Assembly: GCA_964608025.1 (NCBI GenBank)
Contig: CAZSLO010000007.1
Location: 14,825-78,824, forward strand
Origin: an uncultured Dehalococcoidia bacterium
GTDB lineage: Bacteria; Chloroflexota; Dehalococcoidia; Lucifugimonadales; CAJWER01
Reading direction: 5' to 3'
Length of the DNA stretch: 64,000 nt
Shown here: piece by piece, positions 30,314-39,815 of the stretch
Numbering within the stretch: the first letter of the stretch is position 1
How the letters are laid out: the number at the start of each line of letters is the position of its first letter
The notes under the pieces: generated by a model
The model's input: the letters and a program-made list of their open reading frames with translations, nothing else
Database searches by the model: none
Told to the model about the DNA's origin: nothing
Made by a program: the position numbers and the translations under genes

Positions 30314-31057
30314 TTAACTATCTCGCAATTCAAACTGAATAACCCTACTCATCCAAACTTCCCGATGTATCGAGTCTAAGGCTGACTTACCAGGCCGATT
30401 TACGGCCAGCCTACGTGGAAGGATTTCAATACCTGAACGGGTTATATACCCACACTTTTTTGTGAAGGACAGAAGAGTTTGTCGTTCTCCACCCATTAGC
30501 ACGTAATCAAGAGTTCTTTGATGTGGAGAAAATACATTCTCTGTCACACTACAAACCTTGCTAAATAGCTCCAGCATTAGCCTTTCACGGCTACGCTCAA
30601 AGCGACGTTGGGAAGAACCACCCTTCCGGTGCCGATTTTTGACATATCGTGAGCCTGATTTTGACGCTATTAGCTTACCTTCCTTGATAACTCCAACTGC
30701 ATACTGTCCTAGACGAAGTAATACTACCCCCACAATCACAGGACGTTCGAGCAAATCGAGCATAGGACCAATATCTACACCTTCTTCATCAGAGTTTTCC
30801 TGTAAAGGAAATGGGGGTATCACTACCGTGGCAAACTTATCTCCATAAAATATTGCCGCGCCGGTCCCTAGGTCTGGAGACCCAGCAATCACATTGGTTG
30901 ATATGCCGATAGGAGAAAGAGATGTGGGAGTAATAGATGAGAGATACAAAGTACGACCATACTTTGGAGAGTCCCTGAAATCAGAGAGCTCCTCCCTTAG
31001 CTGCTGGCGACTGGCCCAAGAACGACCGACAATTTCCATGATCCTAGATTCAGACAC
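30314..31057 (-). CDS. Vms1/ANKZF1-like release-factor-fold protein (acVLRF1-type putative peptidyl-tRNA hydrolase)
   Basis: VGVVLLRLGQYAVGV...SKSGSRYVKNRHRKGGSSQRRFERSRERL parallels the eRF1/Vms1 catalytic loop (eRF1 KKHGRGGQSALRFARLR) with GSSQ in place of GGQ. Its size and taxonomic context fit the actinobacterial/chloroflexal VLRF1 clade. Confidence 0.6.
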   Translation of the reverse strand: MSESRIMEIVGRSWASRQQLREELSDFRDSPKYGRTLYLSSITPTSLSPIGISTNVIAGSPDLGTGAAIFYGDKFATVVIPPFPLQENSDEEGVDIGPMLDLLERPVIVGVVLLRLGQYAVGVIKEGKLIASKSGSRYVKNRHRKGGSSQRRFERSRERLMLELFSKVCSVTENVFSPHQRTLDYVLMGGERQTLLSFTKKCGYITRSGIEILPRRLAVNRPGKSALDSIHREVWMSRVIQFELRDS

Positions 31058-31058
31058 C

Positions 31059-32135
31059 TCAGCTTACTGAAAATTCCCGTACAAAATCTTCGTCTAGTTC
31101 CAATCCCAGCCCTGGCTTTTCTGTAAGATTTATTCGCCCGGATAAAACCTCGAAAGAAGGACTATACAACTTTGACCAAATCTGGTTCGGTTCTACATCA
31201 GGGGTTGTAGAAACCATTAATCCATTAGGCACCGCTCCAACCAAGTGCGCATTTATTTCAGGAAACTGAGCACCATGTGGAGCGATATATACCTGGTGGC
31301 CATTTGCCAACGCGGCTATCCTCATCAGACCAGTAAATCCTCCTCCTATGATGATATCGGTCTGTATTACTTGTATGCCTCCTTCAATTATTAGTCTACG
31401 TACACCATAGATAGTGGCTTCTCCCTCTCCTCCCGCCACCAATGCTGTGGTAGCTTCACGTATCATCCTATAGTAGGCAGTCTCATCATCAGCGCGTACT
31501 GGCTCCTCTATCCAATAGAGTTCATAAGGCGCAAAACTACGAGCCATTTCGGCAGCCACTTCGCCAGTCCACATACGATGTGCGTCGATCATCAGTTTTT
31601 TATTCGGGCCTAGGGCTTCTCTTGAGAGCCTTACCATATCGAGTGCTTGCACTGGATCAGGATCAACTAGGTGAAATTTGACCGCATCAAATCCGAGAGC
31701 AGCATGCTTTTTGACTAAACTTGCACAAACCTCTGGCGATAGATCCGCCTGGTATCCTATCCCATCTGCATACGCCTCAACACTGTCGCCATGTCCTCCG
31801 AGAAGTCTCCATACGGGCTCGCCACAAGATTTTCCGTAAATATCCCAAAGTGCTATATCAATAGCACCAATCGAACTCATCCCAGCCTGACCGGGTCCCC
31901 GAAATCTCCAGACATGATCATACATCCGCTGCCATAGAAAAGAGGTCCGACGTGGATCTTCTCCAACAATTAATGAAGACATCTTCCGAATGAGATCCGG
32001 ATCCCCTCCTCTACCTAATCCTACAAGACCATTACTAGTGTGGATCAATACTATGGGCCAGTCCCGCATGGCTCCATCTTCCGAAGGACCCCATCTATGA
32101 CGTATCGTAATTGGTTCTACCTTTGTTATCTTCAT
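31059..32135 (-). CDS. Enolase-superfamily enzyme (mandelate racemase/muconate lactonizing enzyme family, probable acid-sugar dehydratase)
   Basis: The start is taken at MKITKVEPITIRH, the usual MR/MLE N-terminus. Metal-ligand pattern KLMIDAH...WIEEP...TDI. The track ORF extends to 32315 but would overlap rpiB. Confidence 0.85.
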   Translation of the reverse strand: MKITKVEPITIRHRWGPSEDGAMRDWPIVLIHTSNGLVGLGRGGDPDLIRKMSSLIVGEDPRRTSFLWQRMYDHVWRFRGPGQAGMSSIGAIDIALWDIYGKSCGEPVWRLLGGHGDSVEAYADGIGYQADLSPEVCASLVKKHAALGFDAVKFHLVDPDPVQALDMVRLSREALGPNKKLMIDAHRMWTGEVAAEMARSFAPYELYWIEEPVRADDETAYYRMIREATTALVAGGEGEATIYGVRRLIIEGGIQVIQTDIIIGGGFTGLMRIAALANGHQVYIAPHGAQFPEINAHLVGAVPNGLMVSTTPDVEPNQIWSKLYSPSFEVLSGRINLTEKPGLGLELDEDFVREFSVS

Positions 32136-32210
32136 TTTTTGTTCCAGGGTTTGACTGTTGCCAATTCGGATTTTACACTGCACCACGAAGTCATGATAGG
32201 CAGGCATAAA

Positions 32211-32681
32211 ATGCGAATCGCGATTGGCGCAGATCACGCCGGATTTCCTATGAAGCAGCCCCTTGTAAATCATCTCGAATCTATGGGCCATAACGTAATG
32301 GATATCGGAGCCCATGAACTAGATCCTAAAGACGATTATCCAGATTTTGCAGAAGCTGTCACTAAGAAATTACTTATAGGGGACGCTGAACGAGGCATAC
32401 TAGTCTGTGGTAGTGGAGTCGGTGCGAGTGTGGCAGCCAATAAAGTTAGGGGCATCAGGGCAAGCGTTTGCCATGACAAGTATTCAGCTCAACAGGGAGT
32501 AGAGCACGACGACATCAACGTATTATGTATCGGAGGTCGTGTGGTAGATGAGAAGTTGGCGATGGATTTAGTTTCAGCCTTCGTAGATGCGTCATTCACA
32601 GGTGAAGCACGTCACAAAAGACGCCTTCTCAAGGTTTTGGCCATGGAAGCAGCCATGTATTCCGAGAGCGATTCTACGTGA
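32211..32681 (+). CDS. rpiB: Ribose-5-phosphate isomerase B / sugar-phosphate isomerase RpiB-LacA-LacB family
   Basis: MRIAIGADHAGF, ILVCGSGVGASVAANK and RASVCHD are RpiB hallmarks. The start is taken at the internal Met; the track ORF starts at 32040. Confidence 0.85.
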   Translation: MRIAIGADHAGFPMKQPLVNHLESMGHNVMDIGAHELDPKDDYPDFAEAVTKKLLIGDAERGILVCGSGVGASVAANKVRGIRASVCHDKYSAQQGVEHDDINVLCIGGRVVDEKLAMDLVSAFVDASFTGEARHKRRLLKVLAMEAAMYSESDST

Positions 32682-32877
32682 TGGTTAGAATCTTATAAAT
32701 TGTCCCCTGACCAGAGGATAATCAAAATAACTCTTTAACCTCAATTACCTGAAAGTGAAATCGGGTTGCGTTAACTAAAAAGTTATTATGTTGTATAACC
32801 CTCAGTAAAGATAGGTGATTGGTGCCAAAAGAAGATAGTGTGTGATCGATTCCGGAAACTAGTCTTATAAATAAATC

Positions 32878-33375
32878 CTAAGCGTACTCCGTCCCCATCA
32901 AGCAAGCCACCATCCGTCCGGTACTATCAGCCTCGTTGAATGCATCAGATACTCGACTCGCATCTTCATCGGTCTCAACTAAATAGTAATTGATTCCCCA
33001 AGCGTTTAGTATCGGCTCAGTATAACGAGCAGCAGAGTCCTTGGTAATACCATGTCTAGTCCATCCCCGATAGCCAATCATCAACACCAAGGGTATTTCA
33101 ATATCTAAGCCAAGCCCACGAATAGAGTCTCCGGATTCAAACATACCAGTATTTTGAATCATAACTACGGGTTTTTTACCCCCTACCCAGAGTCCAGCAG
33201 CGATAGCTAAGCTTTCACCTTCCCGGCAAATTGGAACTATCTTTATGGATTGATCCAAGACCATCTGGTCATACATAAAGTTGGTCTCGCTGTCAGGAAG
33301 CCAGACAACATGAGTAACATCATTCTGTTGAAGTTGACTAATAATCGCCAAGGGCGACAGGCTAGAATCTTCCAT
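32878..33375 (-). CDS. Thiamine-diphosphate N-terminal (PYR) domain protein, sulfopyruvate/phosphonopyruvate decarboxylase alpha-subunit-like
   Basis: VVWLPDSE, REGESLAIAAGLW.GGKKPVVMIQNTG and MIGYRG match ComD-type alpha subunits. The start is taken at MEDSS. Confidence 0.6.
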   Translation of the reverse strand: MEDSSLSPLAIISQLQQNDVTHVVWLPDSETNFMYDQMVLDQSIKIVPICREGESLAIAAGLWVGGKKPVVMIQNTGMFESGDSIRGLGLDIEIPLVLMIGYRGWTRHGITKDSAARYTEPILNAWGINYYLVETDEDASRVSDAFNEADSTGRMVACLMGTEYA

Positions 33376-33441
33376 TTGAACTCCTAAAGATGCGTTCCAT
33401 ATGGTAGATATTTTAAGATTGGGACAACTGGCGGTCAATGT

Positions 33442-33933
33442 TTGAATGTAATGACTAAACTAAATCCCAATAGTATCAATGTCCTTCCCGAGCTGATCGA
33501 CTCCCCTGTTGGGGTAGCTTTGACTTCTGCACTAGACACGGAACTGAATGAAATTTACCCTGAGGAAGAGTCGAGATACCCCGATATCACAGGCAATGAG
33601 GTTATGGAACCTCTTGGCGGATTCTTAGTAGCTTATCTTGGAGAAGATCATATAGGGTGCGGTGCAATACGCCGTATCGGGGATTTGGATGCGGAAATCA
33701 AACGCATTTACGTGAAAAAACAGTTCCGAGGTATGGGTGTAGGTAGAATCCTGTTAGATTCTCTCGAAGCAGAATCGCGGCACCTCGGTGTATCCCGCCT
33801 TGTCCTAGAGACTGGAAATAGACTGCCCCATGCCCTGGCACTTTATCGAAAGGCCGGATTTATAGAAATTCCCAGGTTCGGTAATTACCTTAATTCTCCA
33901 CTTAGCATTTGCATGGAAAAGATTCTCCGATAA
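33442..33933 (+). CDS. GNAT-family N-acetyltransferase
   Basis: Acetyl-CoA motif A, RGMGVGRILL, and the C-terminal Y.K.GF. Confidence 0.85.
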   Translation: MNVMTKLNPNSINVLPELIDSPVGVALTSALDTELNEIYPEEESRYPDITGNEVMEPLGGFLVAYLGEDHIGCGAIRRIGDLDAEIKRIYVKKQFRGMGVGRILLDSLEAESRHLGVSRLVLETGNRLPHALALYRKAGFIEIPRFGNYLNSPLSICMEKILR

Positions 33934-33935
33934 CT

Positions 33936-34523
33936 ATGAGTCCAAGTGATATAGTTCGTCTTGAAGAAAAGGATCTGATCCAATTGGGACCCATAAAAAA
34001 AACGATCAAATGTCCGCACTGCGACCAAGAGAATTATACCGACGTTCGCTTCTGTGAACGATGCGAGATACCCCTCGGAGGAAGCAGGATCGTTCCACGA
34101 CCCGATTTGTCTATGGCAAATTTAACCACCAGAATCATCGCAAAAATCATAGATCTACCATTTACCGCAGCTTCGATTATATTGGCAGGGCAGATCCCGA
34201 ATTCTATCAATTGGTCTGAAGTAATTCAGTTGTCTCTCATCCTTGTCGGGGCATTCGGGATGATCACCCAAGCAATTTTGTTGTCAACAGATGGACAAAC
34301 GATTGGCAAGAAGTTTATGAACCTCAAAATCGTCAGCGTGAGTACAAACCGCAATGGTGGCTTCGTAACAAACGTAGTAATGAGGGCCATTGTAAACGGT
34401 CTGCTTTCTTTTACTGTCGTTTATTTTGTAATAGATTGCGCCTTTATGTTCTTCAGTAACCGGCTTTGCCTACACGACTACATAGCTGGTACAAAAGTAG
34501 TGAAAATAACTCAAACTCGGTGA
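33936..34523 (+). CDS. RDD-family membrane protein with N-terminal zinc ribbon
   Basis: CPHCDQEN...CERCE zinc ribbon. RDD-type helices follow, with R..AKIID and GQTIGKKFMNLKIV. Confidence 0.65.
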   Translation: MSPSDIVRLEEKDLIQLGPIKKTIKCPHCDQENYTDVRFCERCEIPLGGSRIVPRPDLSMANLTTRIIAKIIDLPFTAASIILAGQIPNSINWSEVIQLSLILVGAFGMITQAILLSTDGQTIGKKFMNLKIVSVSTNRNGGFVTNVVMRAIVNGLLSFTVVYFVIDCAFMFFSNRLCLHDYIAGTKVVKITQTR

Positions 34524-34619
34524 TAGTGACCTTATTCCCAGTTTAGTTCCGAGTTTGAACCCTATGTTGGTTCAAATCCATTATCTCTATAAAATAGAAC
34601 CCCTAAGGGAGAAACTAAT

Positions 34620-35858
34620 ATGAAACTTATCCTCAAAGCTGATCACATAATAGACGGAACTGTACCGTCTTATGATGTTTCGGAAAGAGACGCGGTACTT
34701 ATTGAAGACGGTAGAATTATCGCAATAGAAAAATCTGAGGTCTTTGGATCAACCCCGGACGCTGAGGTAATAACCGTTCCGGGAGGAACTATCCTCCCAG
34801 GATTTATCGAAGTCCACTCCCACATGCATTGCAGCGCAAGCCCAAGCGCCTTTGAAGATCTCGTGAACGACTCCCGTAACGAATTAATCATGAGGTCTGT
34901 CGAGTCAGTCCGCATGGCACTCTTATCAGGTGTAACTACAATGCGTGACCTGGGAAGTCGGAACGAAATAGCCTTCGACATAAAAAACGCTATCAACACA
35001 GGAATTATACCAGGACCACATCTCTTAGTAACTGGAACGCCCATAACGACTACCGGTGGCCATTGTCATATGTTCGGTACAGAGGCTGACACCCTTGAAG
35101 AGGCCGTCACAGCAGTACGAAACCAGGTCAAGCTGGGTGCAGACTGGATCAAGATCATGTCCACTGGTGGCAGGTTCACACCCCGAACCAACCCAAAGAT
35201 GCCACAGTACACAACCGAGATCCTTAAGGCAGTTGTGCAAGATGCGGAGAGACTCGGTATAAAGGTTGCAGCGCATTGCCATGGTGCATTGGGTGTAAAA
35301 AATTGCGTCGATGCAGGGGTGCACAATCTCATACATGCTACATGGATGTCATCTGATCCGGGGAGCGGATACGATTACGATCCAGACGTAGCAGACCAAA
35401 TCGCAGAAAAGAATATCTATGTAGATCCGACTATAGCAACTGGAGCCTTAAGAGAAGAACGAGATCCAGGTTGGCTTGCAAGGACACTAGAAGGCGCTTT
35501 CGACGATCTAGACCGTAGGTACGAGATCCTTCGAGATATGTGGGACAGGGGAGTCAAGTTTGTGACAGGCTTAGATTCGGGAATGAATTACATGGAATTT
35601 GGTGACTACGCCTGGGTACCAAGACTCATGGTGGAAAAACTTGGTATTTCCCCAACGGACGCTATAGTGTGCGGTACACGAATCTCTGCAGAATGCCTAG
35701 GAATTATTGAAGAAACAGGTACCGTTGAGCCTGGTAAAAGAGCAGACATAGTTATCGTGAAAGGGAACGCATCTGAGGATATAAAAGCCCTCCATAACGT
35801 AGACACGATAATCAAGTCAGGCATGGTGATTAAAAAAGCAGGGTCGACAAAGTTTTAA
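34620..35858 (+). CDS. Amidohydrolase-superfamily metal-dependent hydrolase
   Basis: PGFIEVHSHM is the HxH site. Also KIMSTGG, AAHCHG, H at NLIHAT and a late D (TGLDSG). 412 aa. Confidence 0.85.
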   Translation: MKLILKADHIIDGTVPSYDVSERDAVLIEDGRIIAIEKSEVFGSTPDAEVITVPGGTILPGFIEVHSHMHCSASPSAFEDLVNDSRNELIMRSVESVRMALLSGVTTMRDLGSRNEIAFDIKNAINTGIIPGPHLLVTGTPITTTGGHCHMFGTEADTLEEAVTAVRNQVKLGADWIKIMSTGGRFTPRTNPKMPQYTTEILKAVVQDAERLGIKVAAHCHGALGVKNCVDAGVHNLIHATWMSSDPGSGYDYDPDVADQIAEKNIYVDPTIATGALREERDPGWLARTLEGAFDDLDRRYEILRDMWDRGVKFVTGLDSGMNYMEFGDYAWVPRLMVEKLGISPTDAIVCGTRISAECLGIIEETGTVEPGKRADIVIVKGNASEDIKALHNVDTIIKSGMVIKKAGSTKF

Positions 35859-35909
35859 ACCTTAAGATATCTATATGATCTTGCCTAAATTGAGGAGGCA
35901 TTTTTAGTC

Positions 35910-36395
35910 ATGAATTCAGAAGTCCAGATGTACTGGAACTATATCTCGGAATCCATAGAACGTCTTCTGAAAACCCTAGACAACATGAGTGAGGAACAAA
36001 TCAATGTGCGGCTTACCAACTCAGCAAACAGTCTATTTGTTTTAGGTGTTCACACTTTGGGAAACGTAGAAGAGAATTGCCTCGAGGTCTTGTGCGGTCA
36101 GGAAGTAGGGCGTAACCGGGATGCGGAGTTTTTGGATAGAGGCACTCGTGATTCAGTTACCAATCTATGGAAAGATCTGCAAGACCCATTAATCATGGCA
36201 CTTGACACCCTAACTCCAGAATCACTAGATAAGATTTACGACCATCCCCGCCGGGTAGGCTGTAGCGGACGGGAGATACTTTTGTTGACTTCTAGGCACG
36301 CCGCAGAACACATGGGACAGGCTGAAATCACAAAAGACTTATTGCTCGCACAAAAAATCAACCTTGGTCCGGGTCCAATTGTTACTGAGCAATAA
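35910..36395 (+). CDS. DinB-family four-helix-bundle protein
   Basis: 161 aa. Spaced His residues (GVHTLGN ... SRHAAEHMGQ) are typical of DinB/YfiT metal sites. Confidence 0.7.
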   Translation: MNSEVQMYWNYISESIERLLKTLDNMSEEQINVRLTNSANSLFVLGVHTLGNVEENCLEVLCGQEVGRNRDAEFLDRGTRDSVTNLWKDLQDPLIMALDTLTPESLDKIYDHPRRVGCSGREILLLTSRHAAEHMGQAEITKDLLLAQKINLGPGPIVTEQ

Positions 36396-36404
36396 TATAG
36401 TGCC

Positions 36405-37760
36405 ATGTTAAACGCCGGTACATTTGCCTTAAATATCACCCCTGACCGCCCCCTCTACCTTCAAGGCTATGGGAATCGAACACACCCCTCAACGGGTAAT
36501 TTGGATCCACTGGAAGCCCGAGTAATCGTATTCGACGACGGCACTACACAGGCAGCAATTATATCAGTGGATCTGATTGGACTTGATGCCACATCGGTAA
36601 CTCGAATTCGTAAGGCAGCGGCATTAGCCAGTCCCGTTCCCGAGGAAAATGTGATGGTTGTCTGCTCACACACCCACTCAGGCCCAGCTGTGCAAACCCT
36701 TGGTGATTCTCCAGTCGACAAGGCGTACATCCACTGGCTTGAACAAGCACTTGGAAGTGCTGTCGGAGAAGCTTCGAATTCAATGGTGCCGGTGACCCTT
36801 GCAGTAGGAGAAGGCTCTGTCAAATTCAACGTGAACAGGAGGCTACGCCGATCAGACGGTTCAGTAGGGGGACCCAATCCATTTGGAGCCGTCGACCACC
36901 GGGTCCGCGTATTGCGACTTGACCCAGCATCTGTACCTTCGGATGCCGGAGGCCTCGGTAATACAAATCTACCGAAAGTAGATCCAGTGGCTATCTTATT
37001 CTCTTTCGCTTGCCACCCCACGGTTCTAATGGGCAGCAATTACAGATACAGTAGTGACTACCCGGGTTCTGCCAGGCGTTTCATAGAAACTGCATATGGT
37101 GGGAAAGGTTTCATAGCCACCTTCCTACCGGGATGTTTCGGCAATATTCGACCTCACCTGGTGACACCCGACGGTGCCTTCAGATCCGGTACGGACCATG
37201 AGCTTACAGTCCTCGGACGTATACTTGGAACTGAGGTTGTCCAGGTTGCAGAGGGTTTGATCGGAGACCCTGTCGATGACATAGCCATGGGAAGTCGCAA
37301 AATTAGCCTGCCATATTCCCACGTACCCAGCGAGACTGAGCTGATGGCAGTGCCACCAGATGATAAACGCCGTCGCTGGTGGGCCGATAATCTTCTAGAC
37401 GAAATCAAGAGGAACGGACACCTTCGTGATCATGATACAGGGGAAGTTACCGTACTCCGAATCGGTAGCCATTGGATCGCTACAACGCCTGGAGAAACAC
37501 TGATTGAGATCGGATGGTCAATTGAAAGCGGTCTTGCAGAACTTGGTATCGCTAAACCTGCAGATGGAGACATGACATTAGCGCTGGGATACTCCAATGG
37601 AAACTCCGGTTACTTGTGTACCAGTTCTGCTATCCAAGAGGGTGGTTATGAGCCAGCCAAAGCTTATTTTTACTACCTGCATCCAGGACCCTTTGCGCCA
37701 GAGATAGAACAAATTCTCACGAGCACTGTCCTGGATCTTGCGAAAGGGTTAACCAATTGA
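36405..37760 (+). CDS. Neutral/alkaline ceramidase-like hydrolase
   Basis: LQGYGNR...L.ARVIVFDDG...ISVDLIG...NVMVVCSHTHSGP reproduces the neutral-ceramidase N-terminal zinc-site block (..SATHTHSGP..). Confidence 0.65.
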   Translation: MLNAGTFALNITPDRPLYLQGYGNRTHPSTGNLDPLEARVIVFDDGTTQAAIISVDLIGLDATSVTRIRKAAALASPVPEENVMVVCSHTHSGPAVQTLGDSPVDKAYIHWLEQALGSAVGEASNSMVPVTLAVGEGSVKFNVNRRLRRSDGSVGGPNPFGAVDHRVRVLRLDPASVPSDAGGLGNTNLPKVDPVAILFSFACHPTVLMGSNYRYSSDYPGSARRFIETAYGGKGFIATFLPGCFGNIRPHLVTPDGAFRSGTDHELTVLGRILGTEVVQVAEGLIGDPVDDIAMGSRKISLPYSHVPSETELMAVPPDDKRRRWWADNLLDEIKRNGHLRDHDTGEVTVLRIGSHWIATTPGETLIEIGWSIESGLAELGIAKPADGDMTLALGYSNGNSGYLCTSSAIQEGGYEPAKAYFYYLHPGPFAPEIEQILTSTVLDLAKGLTN

Positions 37761-39760
37761 ATATCCCAAGGAACGAGATCGATTCTTCACTGGAAATTCT
37801 GCTCCGCTACGAAAATAAAATGGAACCTCACTTGCAAGCTAGTCCAGCTTTACTTATAGACCTGGCTGACGAAAATAATTCCCCTTGGAAACAGTTTCTT
37901 TTATCAAATGACGGTTTAGCGATAACAATTGAACAGGCCCTGAAAATATCGAGACAAGAAGCTGTGACACCTCTGAAAACCATAGCTTCTACAAAAGTCC
38001 TAGTCGAAAAATTCGAATCCTCCTTGCAATCCAATTCCATATTGGAACTCCAAGCCTATGTGGGGTCCCGGTCATATATACCTGCTTACGTCAGATCTAG
38101 ATCGGATATTAAGGCTACTACTGGGGAAATAGACACTTCTCTCGCAATCACAGCAATAGCCAAGGAATGGCATCATTTAGGCACAGAAAATGCATTCAAG
38201 GACTGGCCACATGGGATAGAGCAACACTGGTATGAATTTCTTATCAATGGCGGAATTTCAGCGGAATCTGCGAGGTGCGTGCCGAACCAAATAAGGGATG
38301 CCGTGACTAGCCTCGTGGATTACCATGCATCCCAGATGTACGCACAACCTGTGCCAGAAGCTGATGTTATAGAACGATACAAATTCGTTTTCACTGCTCC
38401 CGATATAAAGACAGCGCTCAAGACTGTACTCGATACCTATGCGATTCGGCTTCGCATAGATCCTGAGCAGATAGAGCCATTTTTACGAAACCTGTCGCCA
38501 AAAGAAATACTGGAACGTTTCCGGAAGATAAGAGACTGGATGGGAACTGTCTACATATACGACATGGTGATAACGACTAAGCTGGCAGAGTACCTTTCAC
38601 AACCCGGTGACTTTGATCCTCTTCTAACAGAGATCGATAGGCTGTCTAAAGAGACAACAAAAGGGAATTTCCGTCCGGACAATCCCCTACAACGAGACAT
38701 TGAATTCCGTCGATTTCTAAATGAATACACAAAACATAACGCCGTAAACAAGAGATTGCCTTACCTAAACGAACCGAGCCGGGCACTATACGGGAAGTTC
38801 GAGCAACTTCAATTGCTACCTCCACAAGAGGATGAAAATCCTACGCTATCAGCTGAACATAGACATGAAGCCAAGCGTGTGGCCTACGAGGCAAATGAAC
38901 TACTATCCTTTCTAAAACGAATGCGTGAATGTACAGATAGAACCATCGTTGTCGTGGGCAACGATCGGTATGGACGACAATGGATTGTAGAACCGTTGGA
39001 AGATTTTCTCGATGATGGTTTCGTACTCAGGTACGATCGTTCACCATCGCATATGTCCACCCCGCTGGACGTCGGAAGGTCTAGACAAAGTGAGATTAAT
39101 CTCGATGATAGAGGGCCCTGGACATCGGATATCTTCCCACGTGAGTTTGTGCGATGGCTTGGAAAAGTCATGCCCCACGTGGTTATCGCAGATACAATGA
39201 GCCCCAACAAGAATAGTGAAGGGCTAATGCGAATACCGAGATCTAACCACTCTTATGCGAACTGGTTTATCGCATTCAATGATGTCAGAACAGATGGCAA
39301 CTTCCAGTCATTCGCCAACAATACATTTCTCCCCAAGAACCACTTAGAGGAAGTTGTTAAATGGCATGAGTACGTTGGACTACGCCGCCAGCTACTAGAC
39401 TGGATCGACCGTGGTGAGACCTACAGAATGGCGACCTGGTCACCTGAACCTACCGAAATGGTTAAATTCGGCGAGAGTGTAGTCCCATACATAGAACCAA
39501 AATTAACTGGCGACCGACCAATGGTAGTATTCGCAAACCCAGTCTACTACAACCCTGAGAACCTTCCAGAAGAAATCTCTGACACAAACGCATATTATTT
39601 TGACGGTCCCGAGCGTATAGTCCAAGAAGAAATTCTACTTGGTTTCGGGAATCACGGCTTCGAGACCAGATTGAAGGGCACTACTACAGCGCAATTCGTT
39701 AGTGCTGTCCAGGGCGAGATCACGACACAAATATCCAAGAGTTTTCACCAAAAGGGTTGA
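37757..39760 (+). CDS. Large hypothetical protein (667 aa), no family recognised
   Basis: Long uninterrupted ORF with no signal peptide or TM helix. The TTG start overlaps the ceramidase-like stop (TTGA); an alternative start is the Met at MEPHLQ. The C-terminal half alternates hydrophobic strand-like runs (TIVVVGND, HVVIADTM, MVVFANP). Confidence 0.6.
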   Translation: MNIPRNEIDSSLEILLRYENKMEPHLQASPALLIDLADENNSPWKQFLLSNDGLAITIEQALKISRQEAVTPLKTIASTKVLVEKFESSLQSNSILELQAYVGSRSYIPAYVRSRSDIKATTGEIDTSLAITAIAKEWHHLGTENAFKDWPHGIEQHWYEFLINGGISAESARCVPNQIRDAVTSLVDYHASQMYAQPVPEADVIERYKFVFTAPDIKTALKTVLDTYAIRLRIDPEQIEPFLRNLSPKEILERFRKIRDWMGTVYIYDMVITTKLAEYLSQPGDFDPLLTEIDRLSKETTKGNFRPDNPLQRDIEFRRFLNEYTKHNAVNKRLPYLNEPSRALYGKFEQLQLLPPQEDENPTLSAEHRHEAKRVAYEANELLSFLKRMRECTDRTIVVVGNDRYGRQWIVEPLEDFLDDGFVLRYDRSPSHMSTPLDVGRSRQSEINLDDRGPWTSDIFPREFVRWLGKVMPHVVIADTMSPNKNSEGLMRIPRSNHSYANWFIAFNDVRTDGNFQSFANNTFLPKNHLEEVVKWHEYVGLRRQLLDWIDRGETYRMATWSPEPTEMVKFGESVVPYIEPKLTGDRPMVVFANPVYYNPENLPEEISDTNAYYFDGPERIVQEEILLGFGNHGFETRLKGTTTAQFVSAVQGEITTQISKSFHQKG

Positions 39761-39815
39761 CTAAGCAAAGAACCTAGGCTATAAGAGTCTCTTATTACGT
39801 AAGGTTATAAATTCC

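Noticed and set aside
32040-32315. Long N-terminal extensions of the enolase-superfamily gene (to 32315) and of rpiB (from 32040), which would overlap each other on opposite strands.
   Set aside because: Both families have well-defined N-termini that match the internal Mets (MKITKVEPI at 32135; MRIAIGADHAG at 32211). Using these leaves a normal 75-bp divergent promoter region.
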